Assembly: GCA_965207735.1 (NCBI GenBank)
Contig: OZ242296.1
Coordinates: 4,512,001 to 4,576,000 of the forward strand
Source of the DNA: Candidatus Versatilivorator sp.
GTDB taxonomy: Bacteria > Acidobacteriota > Terriglobia > Versatilivoradales > Versatilivoraceae
Reading direction: 5' to 3'
Length of the DNA: 64,000 nt
In this document: positions 21,584-31,438 of the stretch, piece after piece
How positions within the stretch are numbered: position 1 is the first letter of the stretch
Layout: every line of letters begins with the position of its first letter
Made by a program: the position numbers and the translations under genes
The notes under the pieces: model-generated
Told to the model about the DNA's origin: nothing
The model's input: only the letters and a program-made list of their open reading frames with translations
The model's database searches: none

Positions 21584-22285
21584 TCACTCAGCCATGGTGT
21601 GGATCAAGACGAGCGCCGCCAGGAGTCCAAGCGCGGTCGCGATTCCGGCCATTTGGTGGTCGCGGCGGTAGGCTTTGGGGAAGATCTCGGTGGCGAGGGC
21701 TGCGATGATTGCGCCGCCGGCGAAGACGCGCATCAGCACCAGGTACTCTTGTGGCGCGTGGCGAAACAGCAGGTTGCCGGCCACCGCGGCTACGACCAGG
21801 AACAGCGCCGTTCCGAGCCAGATCGCCAATATCCGGCCGCGCGGCCAGCCGATTGCGCGCATGCCCTTGGCGCCGCTGGCGCCTTCGGGCACGTTGGAGA
21901 GGAAGATGGCCCCGGCGAGGCCCGCGACGTCCCAGAAACCGGTGCCGACCAGAGCCACTCCCAATGCGAGATTCTCCGGCACGCCGTCCAGGGTTGCCGC
22001 GGCCAGAAAGCCGACGCCGCCCTCATCGCCCCAACGCTTGTCGATAAGATAGTCGATGAGGGCGAAAGTCCCTGCACCGATCATCAGCGTTAGTCCCGTC
22101 GCGGTCAGGCTAATGAACTCCTGAGCGGGCACGATCAGTTCGAGAACCGCGGAGAACATCAGGGCCCCGCCGCCCGCGGCGAGGACAAACCCTTCGGTAC
22201 GGTCGCCGAGACGGCCGTAGAGCGCCCACAGTGCGCCAAGCACAAGCGCCAGGGAGACGGCAGCGGCAACGGCAAGCAGGGTCAC
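21584..22285 (-). CDS. ZIP-family (GufA/ZupT-like) metal transporter
   Basis: Multi-TM protein with LDGVPENLALG and IFLSNVPEG motifs. Confidence 0.88.
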   Translation of the reverse strand: MTLLAVAAAVSLALVLGALWALYGRLGDRTEGFVLAAGGGALMFSAVLELIVPAQEFISLTATGLTLMIGAGTFALIDYLIDKRWGDEGGVGFLAAATLDGVPENLALGVALVGTGFWDVAGLAGAIFLSNVPEGASGAKGMRAIGWPRGRILAIWLGTALFLVVAAVAGNLLFRHAPQEYLVLMRVFAGGAIIAALATEIFPKAYRRDHQMAGIATALGLLAALVLIHTMAE

Positions 22286-22675
22286 GGGATCTCCCAACTA
22301 CGGGATGGATGTAGGTTTGGCAACGGTTCGGGCGGTCCAGCTACTCTCCAACCTTCTTCCCCTTCGGTCAGGGTCTCCAGCGGACGGCCTGCAGGGTGTA
22401 GCGGCGGCCGGTGGGGCGGCCCACCCGGCTCAGTTGGCCGTCGCCGGCCAGGGTGACTATGGTGCCGTCCTTCAGCACCACCGAGCCGGAATTGCCGTGG
22501 CCCCGGCTGAGCTTGTAGAGTTCGGGTTCCCAGGTTTGGCCTCCGTCCCAACTGACCCGAGCCCGCATGACGCCCCCGTCGGTGTAGGGGTAGCGGTTCT
22601 CGAAGGTGGCCACCGTGCCTCCTCCCGGCAGGGCGGCCAGGTCCCCGTGAGCCTGGCCGTGGATGCGGGTGAGGG
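22141..22675. repeat. Diverged direct duplication, copy B (BNR-gene 3' fragment plus ZIP 5' end)
   Basis: Colinear with 23828-24364. Confidence 0.9.
22368..22675 (-). pseudogene. 3' fragment of the BNR/sialidase-like gene
   Basis: HGQAHGDLAALPGGG...LQAVRWRP matches the C-terminus of 24030-25271. Confidence 0.85.
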
Positions 22676-22986
22676 TGAGGGGATGTTCTCCGTCTCCTTG
22701 CTCCGCTGCGGCAGGTCGTCGATCAGCACCTTCGGATTCACCTTCTCTTGGTTGAATAGAGGCGGTCCCTGCACCCCGGATCCGACCAGTCCTGGTGGTC
22801 CTTGCCGCGCCAGACGAGTTGCGGGTCGAGGTTGCGGCGCTCATAGGCTACCTGGATGGGATTGCGGTCGTCCTCCGCAATCGCCGCTTGGTGCTCGGCC
22901 CCGGAGATGTTGGTACGTTTGGCCTTGCCGTGGGTGATGGTTGCGACGATCTTGGATTTGCCGGTTTTTGGAGTTTGCGCCAACAA
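22676..22986 (-). pseudogene. N-terminal remnant of a type III-like DNA methyltransferase (mod), frameshifted
   Basis: RNLDPQLVWRGKD and PLFNQEKVNPKVLIDDL resemble Mod N-termini as recalled from the family; not searched. Confidence 0.6.
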
Positions 22987-22991
22987 TCAGC

Positions 22992-23411
22992 TCATGTTCT
23001 GAACGGGTTTGTGATGGTGACTCCGTCAATTTGCTGTCCGTGCTGCAGGTCTTCGCTGTAGAGGGTCTTGCAGCCCGCTTCGAGCGCGGCGGCAACGATC
23101 AGGCTGTCGTAGAAGCTGAATCTGTAGCGGGTTTGCAAATCGAGGCCGCGTTGGTAAAGCGTCCGGGTCGGGTTGACCCGCCAAAGAGGTGTCAAGATGT
23201 GGTTCAATAGCTGTCGAGCTTTCTCCGGCGGTGCATTGAGTTTCCGGGTAATGACGCTGATGGTCTCCTGGACGACCTGATAACTGATGCAACCGGTTTC
23301 GCTGTGCAAGGCTTGTTGGACCAGATGCTCAGCGGTCTCGCGTTTTTCGTTATCGACTTCATCAAACAAGTAAACAAGGATGTTGGTGTCGAGGAAGTTT
23401 TCAACGCTCAT
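22992..23411 (-). CDS. PIN-domain (VapC-like) toxin
   Basis: FLDTNILVY, QVVQE, SFYDSLIVAAAL and LYSEDLQHG. Confidence 0.92.
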   Translation of the reverse strand: MSVENFLDTNILVYLFDEVDNEKRETAEHLVQQALHSETGCISYQVVQETISVITRKLNAPPEKARQLLNHILTPLWRVNPTRTLYQRGLDLQTRYRFSFYDSLIVAAALEAGCKTLYSEDLQHGQQIDGVTITNPFRT

Positions 23412-23631
23412 TCATTTCGTCCCGAGTGAACTTTCGCCCTCCGGTAAATATGCTGCCCTGCAGCTCACGCATGACTCTCACGGCTTCGGCAGCCTGCTGT
23501 TCGCGCCGAACGTAGCTCTCGAGCCACAACCGAAATTGCTCGTTCAATGTCGTGTGCTCCGACACAGCCCTTCGTCGCGCCGCTTCTATCAGATTCTCGT
23601 CGGCACTCAGAGTAATGTTTTTCACGGTCAC
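23401..23631 (-). CDS. Cognate antitoxin (VapB-like)
   Basis: KNITLSADENLIEAARRRA...GRKFTRDEMNER; overlaps the PIN gene start. Confidence 0.85.
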   Translation of the reverse strand: MTVKNITLSADENLIEAARRRAVSEHTTLNEQFRLWLESYVRREQQAAEAVRVMRELQGSIFTGGRKFTRDEMNER

Positions 23632-23679
23632 CTCCGTATTGGCAAGTGTACACTTGTGTAGTGTACACTATTTTCGTGT

Positions 23680-23828
23680 TCAGATTGGGTGTTTCCGCCG
23701 CCGGCCGCTATTTCGAACATCTGCTTGAACGCCGCTTCCACTTTGGCCTCGAAGTCCGACTGCATTACGTAGATGTCCGCAAACCCGGCAAGAGCCCAGC
23801 GGCCATAGCTGCCGTGATTGTTCACCCC
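23680..23828 (-). pseudogene. C-terminal remnant of a type III-like restriction subunit (res)
   Basis: GVNNHGSYGRWA...F..I resembles the Res C-terminus as recalled from the family; not searched. Confidence 0.55.
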
Positions 23829-24364
23829 GAGCACCGCGGAGAACATCAGGGCCCGCCGCCCGCGGCGAGGACAAACCCTTCGGTACGGTTGTCGAGGCGA
23901 CCGTAGAGCGCCCATAGTGCGCCGAGCCCAAGCGCCAGGGAGACGGCGGCGGCGACGGCAAGCAGGGCCACGGGATGGCCCTCCAAATATGGGATGGATG
24001 CAGGTAACGGAATGGCTCGGGTGGTCTGGCTACTCCCCGGCTCTTTTCCCCTTCGGCAACGGTTTCCAGCGCAGGGCCTGCAGGGTGTAGCGGCGGCCGG
24101 TGGGGCGGCCCGCCCGGCTCAGTTGTCCGTCGCCGGCCAGGGTGACTATGGTGCCGTCTTTCAGCACTACCGAGCCGGAATAGCCGTGGCCCCGGCTGAG
24201 CTTGTAGAGTTCGGGCTCCCAGGTTTGGCCTCCGTCCCAACTGACCCGGGCCAGCATGGCGCCCCCGTCGGCGTAGGGGTAGCGGTTCTCGAAGGTGGCC
24301 ACCACGCCTCCTCCCGGCAGGGCGGCCAGGTCCCCGTGTGCCTGGCCGTACATGCGGGTGAGGG
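23828..24364. repeat. Diverged direct duplication, copy A (intact BNR 3' end plus frameshifted ZIP 5' fragment)
   Basis: Colinear with 22141-22675. Confidence 0.9.
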
Positions 24365-25271
24365 GGCGACGGCTGTGCCAGGTGCGCCCTCCGTCCTCCG
24401 AGTCGGCCAGCTGCACCGTCTTGCTGTCGTGTTTCCCGCTTTCGTTGCGAAAGGCCGCCAGCATCCGCCGGCCGCCCAGGTGCAGGAAGCCGGTTTCGGC
24501 GATCTTGGGCAGGTAGGAGTCAAACTTCCAGGTCTTTCCGCTGTCGGTGCTGCGGAAGATCACCATGCCGCCCTGTTCCGGGACGTTCGGGTCCAGCGAT
24601 CCTCCATATCCATCCAGGTTGGCCAGAAGCTCGCCGCCGCCCAGGCTGACGATGTGATTGCCGTCGCCCCCGGCTTTCTTGAAGGGATGTTTCAAGGGAT
24701 CGCCGGCTTGCCAGGTCCGGCCGCCGTCGTTGGATCGGGAGATGACCGCCGGGTAGGCCGGGTTCTCCGACTCCGGGTCGATGGGGAGCAGCCCCCGGTG
24801 AGCGTGGGCCAGGAAGATGTACTCGTCGTTGCTTCCGAAGGCGGCGGTGCTGACCGGTTGGCCCTCCCGGGCGCCGGCAAGGTTGTCCAGCTTCCTTCCC
24901 TGCCAGCTTCGGCCTTCGTCGGTGGAGTGGTAGAGGTAGCGGCCGAATGCGGCGTAGAGGGTGCCGTCGCCCGTCCGGCCGACTCGCCCCGTCAGCTTCC
25001 AGGGCGACTTGGGAACCGGCAGCCGCAGCCGCTGGGCGGGCAGGGTTCCCAGCTTGCGATAGATGGCTCGCATGGCTCCCAGGGTGGTCAGGGGAGATTC
25101 CAGCGCCCACTTGCCGGCCGATTGCCAGTAGGGATCGGCCTCCAGCACCTCGATCGGATAGTCGAGCGACGGGTCCTCACGGCTCTCGAGGGTTTGGGCC
25201 CGGCCGGGGGAGGCGGCAATGGTGAAGACCAGTGCGCCAAGGAAAATAGCAAGGATAGTTTGGTGTCTCAT
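24030..25271 (-). CDS. Secreted BNR/Asp-box (sialidase-like) protein
   Basis: Signal peptide MRHQTILAIFLG...GRA; Asp boxes STDEGRSW, SNDGGRTW, STDSGKTW, SEDGGRTW and SWDGGQTW. Confidence 0.88.
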   Translation of the reverse strand: MRHQTILAIFLGALVFTIAASPGRAQTLESREDPSLDYPIEVLEADPYWQSAGKWALESPLTTLGAMRAIYRKLGTLPAQRLRLPVPKSPWKLTGRVGRTGDGTLYAAFGRYLYHSTDEGRSWQGRKLDNLAGAREGQPVSTAAFGSNDEYIFLAHAHRGLLPIDPESENPAYPAVISRSNDGGRTWQAGDPLKHPFKKAGGDGNHIVSLGGGELLANLDGYGGSLDPNVPEQGGMVIFRSTDSGKTWKFDSYLPKIAETGFLHLGGRRMLAAFRNESGKHDSKTVQLADSEDGGRTWHSRRPLTRMYGQAHGDLAALPGGGVVATFENRYPYADGGAMLARVSWDGGQTWEPELYKLSRGHGYSGSVVLKDGTIVTLAGDGQLSRAGRPTGRRYTLQALRWKPLPKGKRAGE

Positions 25272-25390
25272 GGGGGAACATTTTTCAGAATGCAGTGATA
25301 TTGTCAAGTGGGAGGGGGAATGGGAGGTGGAACCATTCCTTGCACAGTGATATGGGAACGGCGCCGTTGTCGGTTCATCGAGGTGGGCTA

Positions 25391-25796
25391 CAGGCTGATT
25401 GCAGGAATAAGGATGCGGGCGAGACGCCCGCGCTCCCGGGGGGGGGCATCGTCCACATATTAAACCGGGAACATGGTTTACATCGTGCCCGGGAATCGGG
25501 CAAGGCGCCTGATGCAAGCCTCAAGAATCACTCCCCCCTTGAGGGGGAGTCGGCAAGACAAGGGCGGAGCCCGCCGTCGAGCCGGAGGGGGGCCAACGCG
25601 GCGTTCCGAAAGTGAGAGTCAGCGTTGCGTCGGTGGTGCAGGGCGCCAGCCCGGGCGTCTGGCCCGCACAAGACCCGGCATGATGGAAGAGATCCCCGTA
25701 AAGGCGGGTTCGGTGCGCATTGTAAGGGTGTGCCGTGGTCCGCAGGCTGATTGCAGGAATAAGGATGCGGGCGGGACGCCCGCGCTCCCGGGGGGC
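25391..25796. repeat. Repeat cluster: two GCGGGCGGGACGCCCGC REPs around a partial REPIN/MITE-like element (25462-25605)
   Basis: Direct repeat CAGGCTGATTGCAGGAATAAGGATGCGGGC at 25391 and 25743. Confidence 0.8.
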
Positions 25797-25886
25797 GTCA
25801 TCTCATGCGGCGCTTCTCAAGGGTTGAGTGGTTGTGGGGTATAGACTGGAATCATCCCTTACACCGAGGCTGATGGAGGCGTCACT

Positions 25887-27383
25887 GTGAACATCGCCAG
25901 GCTTCCGAGGGATCGGCCGGCAGTTTTTTCTTTCAAGAGCGTCTTGGTTTCGCTTGGGCTGGTTTTCTGCTGCGTCCGGATGATGTTTGCTCCCGATCCT
26001 CCCCTGTCCATTGGACAGGAGAAGCAGTTGCTGGTCGATGACCATGTCGTGGCTTTCACCTCGGGGCTCGATCGCCGGCTTGGGGAGGTGGTCAAACATC
26101 CCCGACCGGTGCTGCTGCCGGACCGGCGCTGGGATAATCCCTCGGCCTTTGGCGGTTACTTGACGGTTCTGCGCGACCAGCCGGGCGACAGGTTTCAGAT
26201 GTGGTATGGGGCCGGGGAAGAGAAGGGGATCGGCTATGCGGAGTCCGAGGACGGAATCCATTGGACCAGGCCTCGTGTCTCTTCCGACGGCAAGTCGAAC
26301 ATTGTCTTCGACGCCAGGGGGCACATGAGTGTCTTCATCGATCCCCATGAGACCGACCTGCGCCACCGTTACAAAGCGGCCTACTATGGTCCTGGAGTCA
26401 GGGCCGCCCTGGCCCACTCGGCCGACGGCATTCAATGGAGCAGCTATAACCAGGGCCAACCGGTCACCGGCAGGGCGGCCGACACCCACAACCAGATCCT
26501 GTGGGATCCGCTGGCGCGGGTGTACCGTCTCTACACCCGCAGCGACTTCGGAGACGATGACGTCAATGAGTGGAGGGGCACCCGCTCCATGGTCAACCCC
26601 GACGTGAAGGCCGACCCGACCGGCTGGACGACGGTGAGAAGCTGGAAGTTCGACCGTGAGGGAGCGAGTGAGCGGTGGCGCCGCCAGATCTACGGGCTGA
26701 CCGACTGGATTTACCAGGGGCTGCATTTCGCCCTGATGAGCGTCTACGAGTTTCCGCCCAGGGCGATTCCGCCGCCCTACGCCGACAAGCCCGACTACCG
26801 CACCCGCCACCAGCGGGACATCATGAACTTCTACATTGCGACCAGCCGGGATGGCGACGACTGGGACCTCGGCTGGGTCTACGACGGCAAGCCCATGGTC
26901 CGGCGGGGTCCGGAGGGATCGTTCGACAAGGACATGATCATGCCGGCCTCCCAGGTTGTGACCTGGAAGGATCGTCATTGGATCTATTACGGCGCCGGCA
27001 ATGAACGCCACTGGTGCCTGAAGCGATGGAATGTCATCGGATTAGCCACGCTGCCGCTGGATCGATGGGTGGCTCTGGCTGCCGCCGAAGAGGGGGGCGA
27101 GCTGGTCACCAGGCCGTTCCGGCTGGAGGGAGATCATCTCGAGGTCAATGTGGATGCGCGGCACGGCGAATTCCGCGCCGAAGTGCTCGACCCGAATCGG
27201 GGGGCTATCGAGGGCTTCGGGCGGGATGAGGCCAAGCGATACGCCGGGGTGGATGAGTTGCGGCTTCGGCCCGGTTGGAAGCGGTTTCCCGACCTGAAGC
27301 GACTGCGGGGCAGGGTGGTCCAACTAAAGTTCCACCTGAGGCAGGCCAGGTTGTACGCTTTTCAGATTCGAAGTGACGGGTGA
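25887..27383 (+). CDS. Five-bladed beta-propeller glycoside hydrolase-like protein (GH32/GH43-like)
   Basis: QLLVDD, YAESEDGIHW, HSADGIQW, SRDGDDW, IYYG and C-terminal L(E)VNVDA...LYAF; start uncertain. Confidence 0.8.
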   Translation: MNIARLPRDRPAVFSFKSVLVSLGLVFCCVRMMFAPDPPLSIGQEKQLLVDDHVVAFTSGLDRRLGEVVKHPRPVLLPDRRWDNPSAFGGYLTVLRDQPGDRFQMWYGAGEEKGIGYAESEDGIHWTRPRVSSDGKSNIVFDARGHMSVFIDPHETDLRHRYKAAYYGPGVRAALAHSADGIQWSSYNQGQPVTGRAADTHNQILWDPLARVYRLYTRSDFGDDDVNEWRGTRSMVNPDVKADPTGWTTVRSWKFDREGASERWRRQIYGLTDWIYQGLHFALMSVYEFPPRAIPPPYADKPDYRTRHQRDIMNFYIATSRDGDDWDLGWVYDGKPMVRRGPEGSFDKDMIMPASQVVTWKDRHWIYYGAGNERHWCLKRWNVIGLATLPLDRWVALAAAEEGGELVTRPFRLEGDHLEVNVDARHGEFRAEVLDPNRGAIEGFGRDEAKRYAGVDELRLRPGWKRFPDLKRLRGRVVQLKFHLRQARLYAFQIRSDG

Positions 27384-27464
27384 GAGATTGCTTTTTAGGA
27401 AACGCTTCAGGGTACAGGCTGCGCTGGGTCCGTTCGGGCCTGTTTGAGACCGAACGCCGGGTGT

Positions 27465-27899
27465 GATTGCTGCCGCCGCCTACGCGGCTCGGGGTTGGGA
27501 TCCGTTTTCCATGGGCTTACGCCCACGGCTACCTGCTGACGCCGCTTCGCGGCTCGATTGGAATCCCCGGGCTGGCGCCCGGGGATCAAGTATTCTTTCC
27601 TGAGGAAACACGGATACACAGGATAGATAGGATAAACAGGGCGAGAAGCCGCTGCACGCGAAGCTGGCTCGAAGCACTGCGGGTGCCCGGGATTACGGGA
27701 CAACCGGCTCCCAGGAATAATCCTGTAAATCCTGTTTATTCATGTAAAGAATTCATGTCGATAAGGGATCGACGCATGCTCGACGCGGAAACCGAGCGCG
27801 GCGTCGGGGTATCGGGCGTAGCGGCCCCACGTGCTGTCGCCGCCTACGCTGCTCGGAGGGAGGGGCACTCGTATCCATGGGCTTACGCCCACGGCTAAG
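27465..27899. repeat. REP cluster (GCCGCCTACGCGGCT / CCATGGGCTTACGCCCACGGCTA / CCCGGGCTGGCGCCCGGG) with CAGGAT-type short repeats
   Basis: The same units recur at 29829-29964, 41995-42033 and 56871-57545. Confidence 0.8.
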
Positions 27900-29828
27900 C
27901 CGAAGTTCCTCCCATTTTACACCCAAAAAATCGCCTTAAGCCATTTGTTTTCTTGGGGAAGAGGATTGAGGCGTGTGGAGTGTTGTTCCCATGTATATGA
28001 TTAGCATTTATCTTGACATGATAGTTGTATGTGATATCGTAGTCCCATGTACGTCGAAACCGTCCCCAACCGCAACTCTCCCCCTGCCATCCTCCTGCGC
28101 GAAGGCCGCCGTGAGGGTAAAAAGGTCCATAAACGCACCCTGGCCAATCTCTCCCATTGGCCCAAGGACAAGATCGAGCGCCTCCGGCGCGTGCTCAAGA
28201 ACGAACCCCTGGTCCATCCCGACCAACTCTTCGCCATCGAACGCTCCCTGCCTCATGGCCACGTCGAGTTGCTGCTGGAAGTGGTGCGGCAGCTGAAGCT
28301 GCCGGCGCTGATCGATTCCCGACCCTCTCCCCAACGGGACCGGGTCTTGGCCATGATCCTGCAGCGTCTGCTCTATCCGGCCTCCAAGCTGGCCACCACC
28401 CGTCTTTGGCACACCACCACGTTGGGTGAGGAACTGTCCCTTGAGGACACCGACGAGGACGATCTCTATGAGGCCATGGACTGGTTGCTGGAGCGTCAGG
28501 ACCGGATTGAGCGCAAGCTGGCCAAGCGGCACCTGGCGGAAGGGGATGCGGTGCTCTATGACGTCAGCAGCAGTTACTACGAAGGCCAGACCTGCTCGCT
28601 GATGCAGTTCGGCCACAACCGGGACGGCAGGCGGGACCGGCCCATGGTGGTCTACGGGGTGCTGGCCGACCAGATGGGGCGGCCGCTGTCGGTGCAGGCC
28701 TATGCCGGCAACACGGGGGATCCGACCACGGTGGGGGATCAGGTGGAGAAGGTGCGGGGTCGGTTTGGTCTGGAGCGGGTGGTGCTGGTGGGGGACCGCG
28801 GGCTGCTGACCGAGACGCAGATCAGCCATCTGAAGCGTCATCCGGGAGTGGGGTGGGTCTCAGCCCTGCGCCACCACCAGATACGCCGTCTGGTGGAGAG
28901 CGAGGCGGTTCAGCTCTCCCTGTTCGACGAGCGTCATCTGGCCGAAGTCCGCAGCCCGGACTATCCGGGCGAGAGGCTCATCGTCTGCCACAACCCGCTG
29001 CTGGCCGAGCATCGGCGGCGGAAGCGGGAGGCTTTGCTGACAGCCACCGAGGAGGCGCTGGCCGGAATCGCCCGCCAGGTGGCCAGACGGACCCGCACGC
29101 CCTTGTCGGCGACCGAGATCGCCGAGAAAGTCGGCCGGGTCAAGAACCGCTTCCAGGTGGCCAAACACTTCCGGACCCAGATCGCAGACGGGTCCTTCCA
29201 CTATGAACGGCGCACCGACGCCATCATCCGGGAGGCGCAACTGGACGGGTTCTACATGCTGAGGACCAGCGAGCCAGCCGATCGCCTGCCAACAGCCGCG
29301 GTGGTGCGCCGCTACAAGGACCTGACGCGGGTGGAGCGGGCCTTCCGCTCCCTCAAGACCGTCGACCTGCACATCCGCCCCATCCGTCATCGGGTGGAGA
29401 GCCGGGTGCGGGCTCATCTGTTCCTGTGCCTGCTGGCCTATTACGTTCAGTGGCATCTGCGGCTGGCCCTGGCTCCGTTGCTGTTCGATGACGAGGAGTT
29501 GGAAGCGGAACGGGCACGGCGAGACCCGGTGCTGGCGGCCCAGCCGTCGGACTCCGCCAAACGGAAGAAGAGCAAACGCCTCACCGAGGACGGCTTGCCG
29601 CTGCAGAGCCTGGAGACGTTGATGGCGCAGATGGCGACGCGGGCCCGCCACCAGTGCCGATTGCCCTCCGAACCCGATGGTCCGCGAGTCCAGCGATTGA
29701 CCGAGCCGACCCCGCTACAGCAAAGGGCCTTCGAGCTCATCAGGATGTTCCCAGGCAAGACAACCTGAGATTCCTGATTGATGATTGAAGATAAAGGAGT
29801 TATCTTGTCGGTGGGTCAGGAACTTCGG
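27900..29828 (+). mobile_element. IS1634-family insertion sequence
   Basis: TIR CCGAAGTTCCT/AGGAACTTCGG; 6-bp TSD GCTAAG (27894-27899 and 29829-29834). Confidence 0.9.
28047..29768 (+). CDS. IS1634-family transposase
   Basis: MYVETVPNRNSPPAILLRE, LYDVSSSY, VGDRG, VERAFRSLK and IRPIRHR. Confidence 0.93.
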   Translation: MYVETVPNRNSPPAILLREGRREGKKVHKRTLANLSHWPKDKIERLRRVLKNEPLVHPDQLFAIERSLPHGHVELLLEVVRQLKLPALIDSRPSPQRDRVLAMILQRLLYPASKLATTRLWHTTTLGEELSLEDTDEDDLYEAMDWLLERQDRIERKLAKRHLAEGDAVLYDVSSSYYEGQTCSLMQFGHNRDGRRDRPMVVYGVLADQMGRPLSVQAYAGNTGDPTTVGDQVEKVRGRFGLERVVLVGDRGLLTETQISHLKRHPGVGWVSALRHHQIRRLVESEAVQLSLFDERHLAEVRSPDYPGERLIVCHNPLLAEHRRRKREALLTATEEALAGIARQVARRTRTPLSATEIAEKVGRVKNRFQVAKHFRTQIADGSFHYERRTDAIIREAQLDGFYMLRTSEPADRLPTAAVVRRYKDLTRVERAFRSLKTVDLHIRPIRHRVESRVRAHLFLCLLAYYVQWHLRLALAPLLFDDEELEAERARRDPVLAAQPSDSAKRKKSKRLTEDGLPLQSLETLMAQMATRARHQCRLPSEPDGPRVQRLTEPTPLQQRAFELIRMFPGKTT

Positions 29829-29975
29829 GCTAAGTGCTGCCGCGGCTTCGCCGCTCCACTCGATCCCGGGCTGGCGCCCGGGAATCATTCAAGAATTCCT
29901 ATCCATCCGGAGTGACGTGGTTTTTGGGAGGGAGACCTATCAGGCCCCGGGCTGGCGCCCGGGGTTTTCTTTTTG

Positions 29976-30021
29976 GTTGTTCTTCGTGGCCCTTCGTCGT
30001 CCTTCGTGCCCCTTCGTGGAT
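29976..30021 (-). repeat. CACGAAG-type repeat; intron-free equivalent of the group II intron target
   Basis: Minus strand reads ATCCACGAAGGGGCA-CGAAGGACGACGAAGGGCCACGAAGAACAAC. Confidence 0.85.
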
Positions 30022-30034
30022 TTCTCTTTTTCCT

Positions 30035-31405
30035 TTACCTGACCCCGGTGACGATCTCCTTGACCACTTTGCCGCCGACGTCGGTCAGGCGGAAGTCGCG
30101 GCCGCTGTGGCGGAAGGTGAGCTTGGTGTGGTCCAGGCCGAGCTGATGCAGCAGGGTGGCGTGGAGATCGTGCATGTGGACCGGTTTGTCGGCCGCGGCG
30201 AAACCGAAGTCGTCGGTGGCGCCGTAGGCCATGCCTCCCCGGAAGCCCCCGCCGGCCAGCAGGACCGTAAAGCCGCGGTTGTTGTGCCCCCGGCCGTAGT
30301 AGACCCCGTCCCGGGTCGGCAATCTGCCGAATTCTCCGCCCACCATGACGATGGTGTCCTCCAGCAGTCCCAGCGTCTTGAGGTCGCCGATCAGGGAAGC
30401 GATGGGCCCGTCGGATAAAGCCGCCAGGTCGCGTTGGTCGAAGATGTTGGCGTGGCTGTCCCAGGGGTTGCGGTTCCCGAAGAACACCTGGACCACCCGC
30501 ACCCCTCGTTCCAGAAGTCGCCTGGCCATCAGGCAGCCGCGGGAGAAGTAGCCGTCTCCGTACCGGTCCCGGGTGGCCTGGCTCTCCTTGCGCACGTCGA
30601 AGGCGTCCAGGGCCTCGGTCTGCATGCGGAAGGCCAGCTCCATGGACTGGATGCTGGCTTCCAGTTCGGGGCTCTCTCCTTCCCGGGACATGTCCAGCCG
30701 GTTGAGGCGGGACAAGAGATCGAGCTGGCGGCGCTGCTCCGGGTGGCCGTGCCGGCTCCCCTGGATGTAGTGAACGAGCTTGGCCGGGTCCAGCTCGTCC
30801 CGATTGCGCAGGTGAGCCCCCTGGTGGATGGCCGGAAGGAAACCCGACGTCCACAACTGGGCTCCCATGACCGGCAGGCCGGGGCAGAGGACGATAAATC
30901 CGGGCAGGTTATGGTTGTCGCTGCCCAACCCATAGGTGATCCAGGATCCCATGGAGGGATGGCCGGCGGTCAGGTGACCGCTGTTCATCTGCAGCAGGCT
31001 GATGCCGTGACCCGAGCTGTCGCCGTGCATGGAACGAACGACGCAGCAGTCGTCGATCAAGCGGGCCAGCTTGGGAAAGATCTCGCTGACTTCCAGTCCG
31101 CTTTGGCCGTGGGGCTGGAATCGAAAGGGCGATTTCATCAGGATGCCCTTGGCGTTTTCCAGCTTCATGCTTTCGGGAACGGTTTGCCCGTCGTACTTGG
31201 CAAGCATGGGCTTGGGGTCGAAGGTGTCCACGTGGGAGGGCCCGCCGTTGAGGCACAGGTAGACCATCCGCTTGGCCTTGGCGGGAAAGTGAAGTCCTGG
31301 AGCGGCCCCGGCCTCTCGGACAAGGCCTGTCCTGGACAGCAGATGGGCCAGCGAAAGCAGGCCGAACCCGCTTCCCAGATTCTTCAGTGCCTGGCGACGA
31401 TTCAT
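30035..31405 (-). CDS. DUF1501 domain protein (Tat-like N-terminus)
   Basis: MNRRQAL, GGPSHVDTFDPKP, WDSH, GEFGR and RDFRLTDVGG. Confidence 0.92.
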   Translation of the reverse strand: MNRRQALKNLGSGFGLLSLAHLLSRTGLVREAGAAPGLHFPAKAKRMVYLCLNGGPSHVDTFDPKPMLAKYDGQTVPESMKLENAKGILMKSPFRFQPHGQSGLEVSEIFPKLARLIDDCCVVRSMHGDSSGHGISLLQMNSGHLTAGHPSMGSWITYGLGSDNHNLPGFIVLCPGLPVMGAQLWTSGFLPAIHQGAHLRNRDELDPAKLVHYIQGSRHGHPEQRRQLDLLSRLNRLDMSREGESPELEASIQSMELAFRMQTEALDAFDVRKESQATRDRYGDGYFSRGCLMARRLLERGVRVVQVFFGNRNPWDSHANIFDQRDLAALSDGPIASLIGDLKTLGLLEDTIVMVGGEFGRLPTRDGVYYGRGHNNRGFTVLLAGGGFRGGMAYGATDDFGFAAADKPVHMHDLHATLLHQLGLDHTKLTFRHSGRDFRLTDVGGKVVKEIVTGVR

Positions 31406-31438
31406 GGCAATCTCCCGCACCGGCAGACGCCGGCGTCC

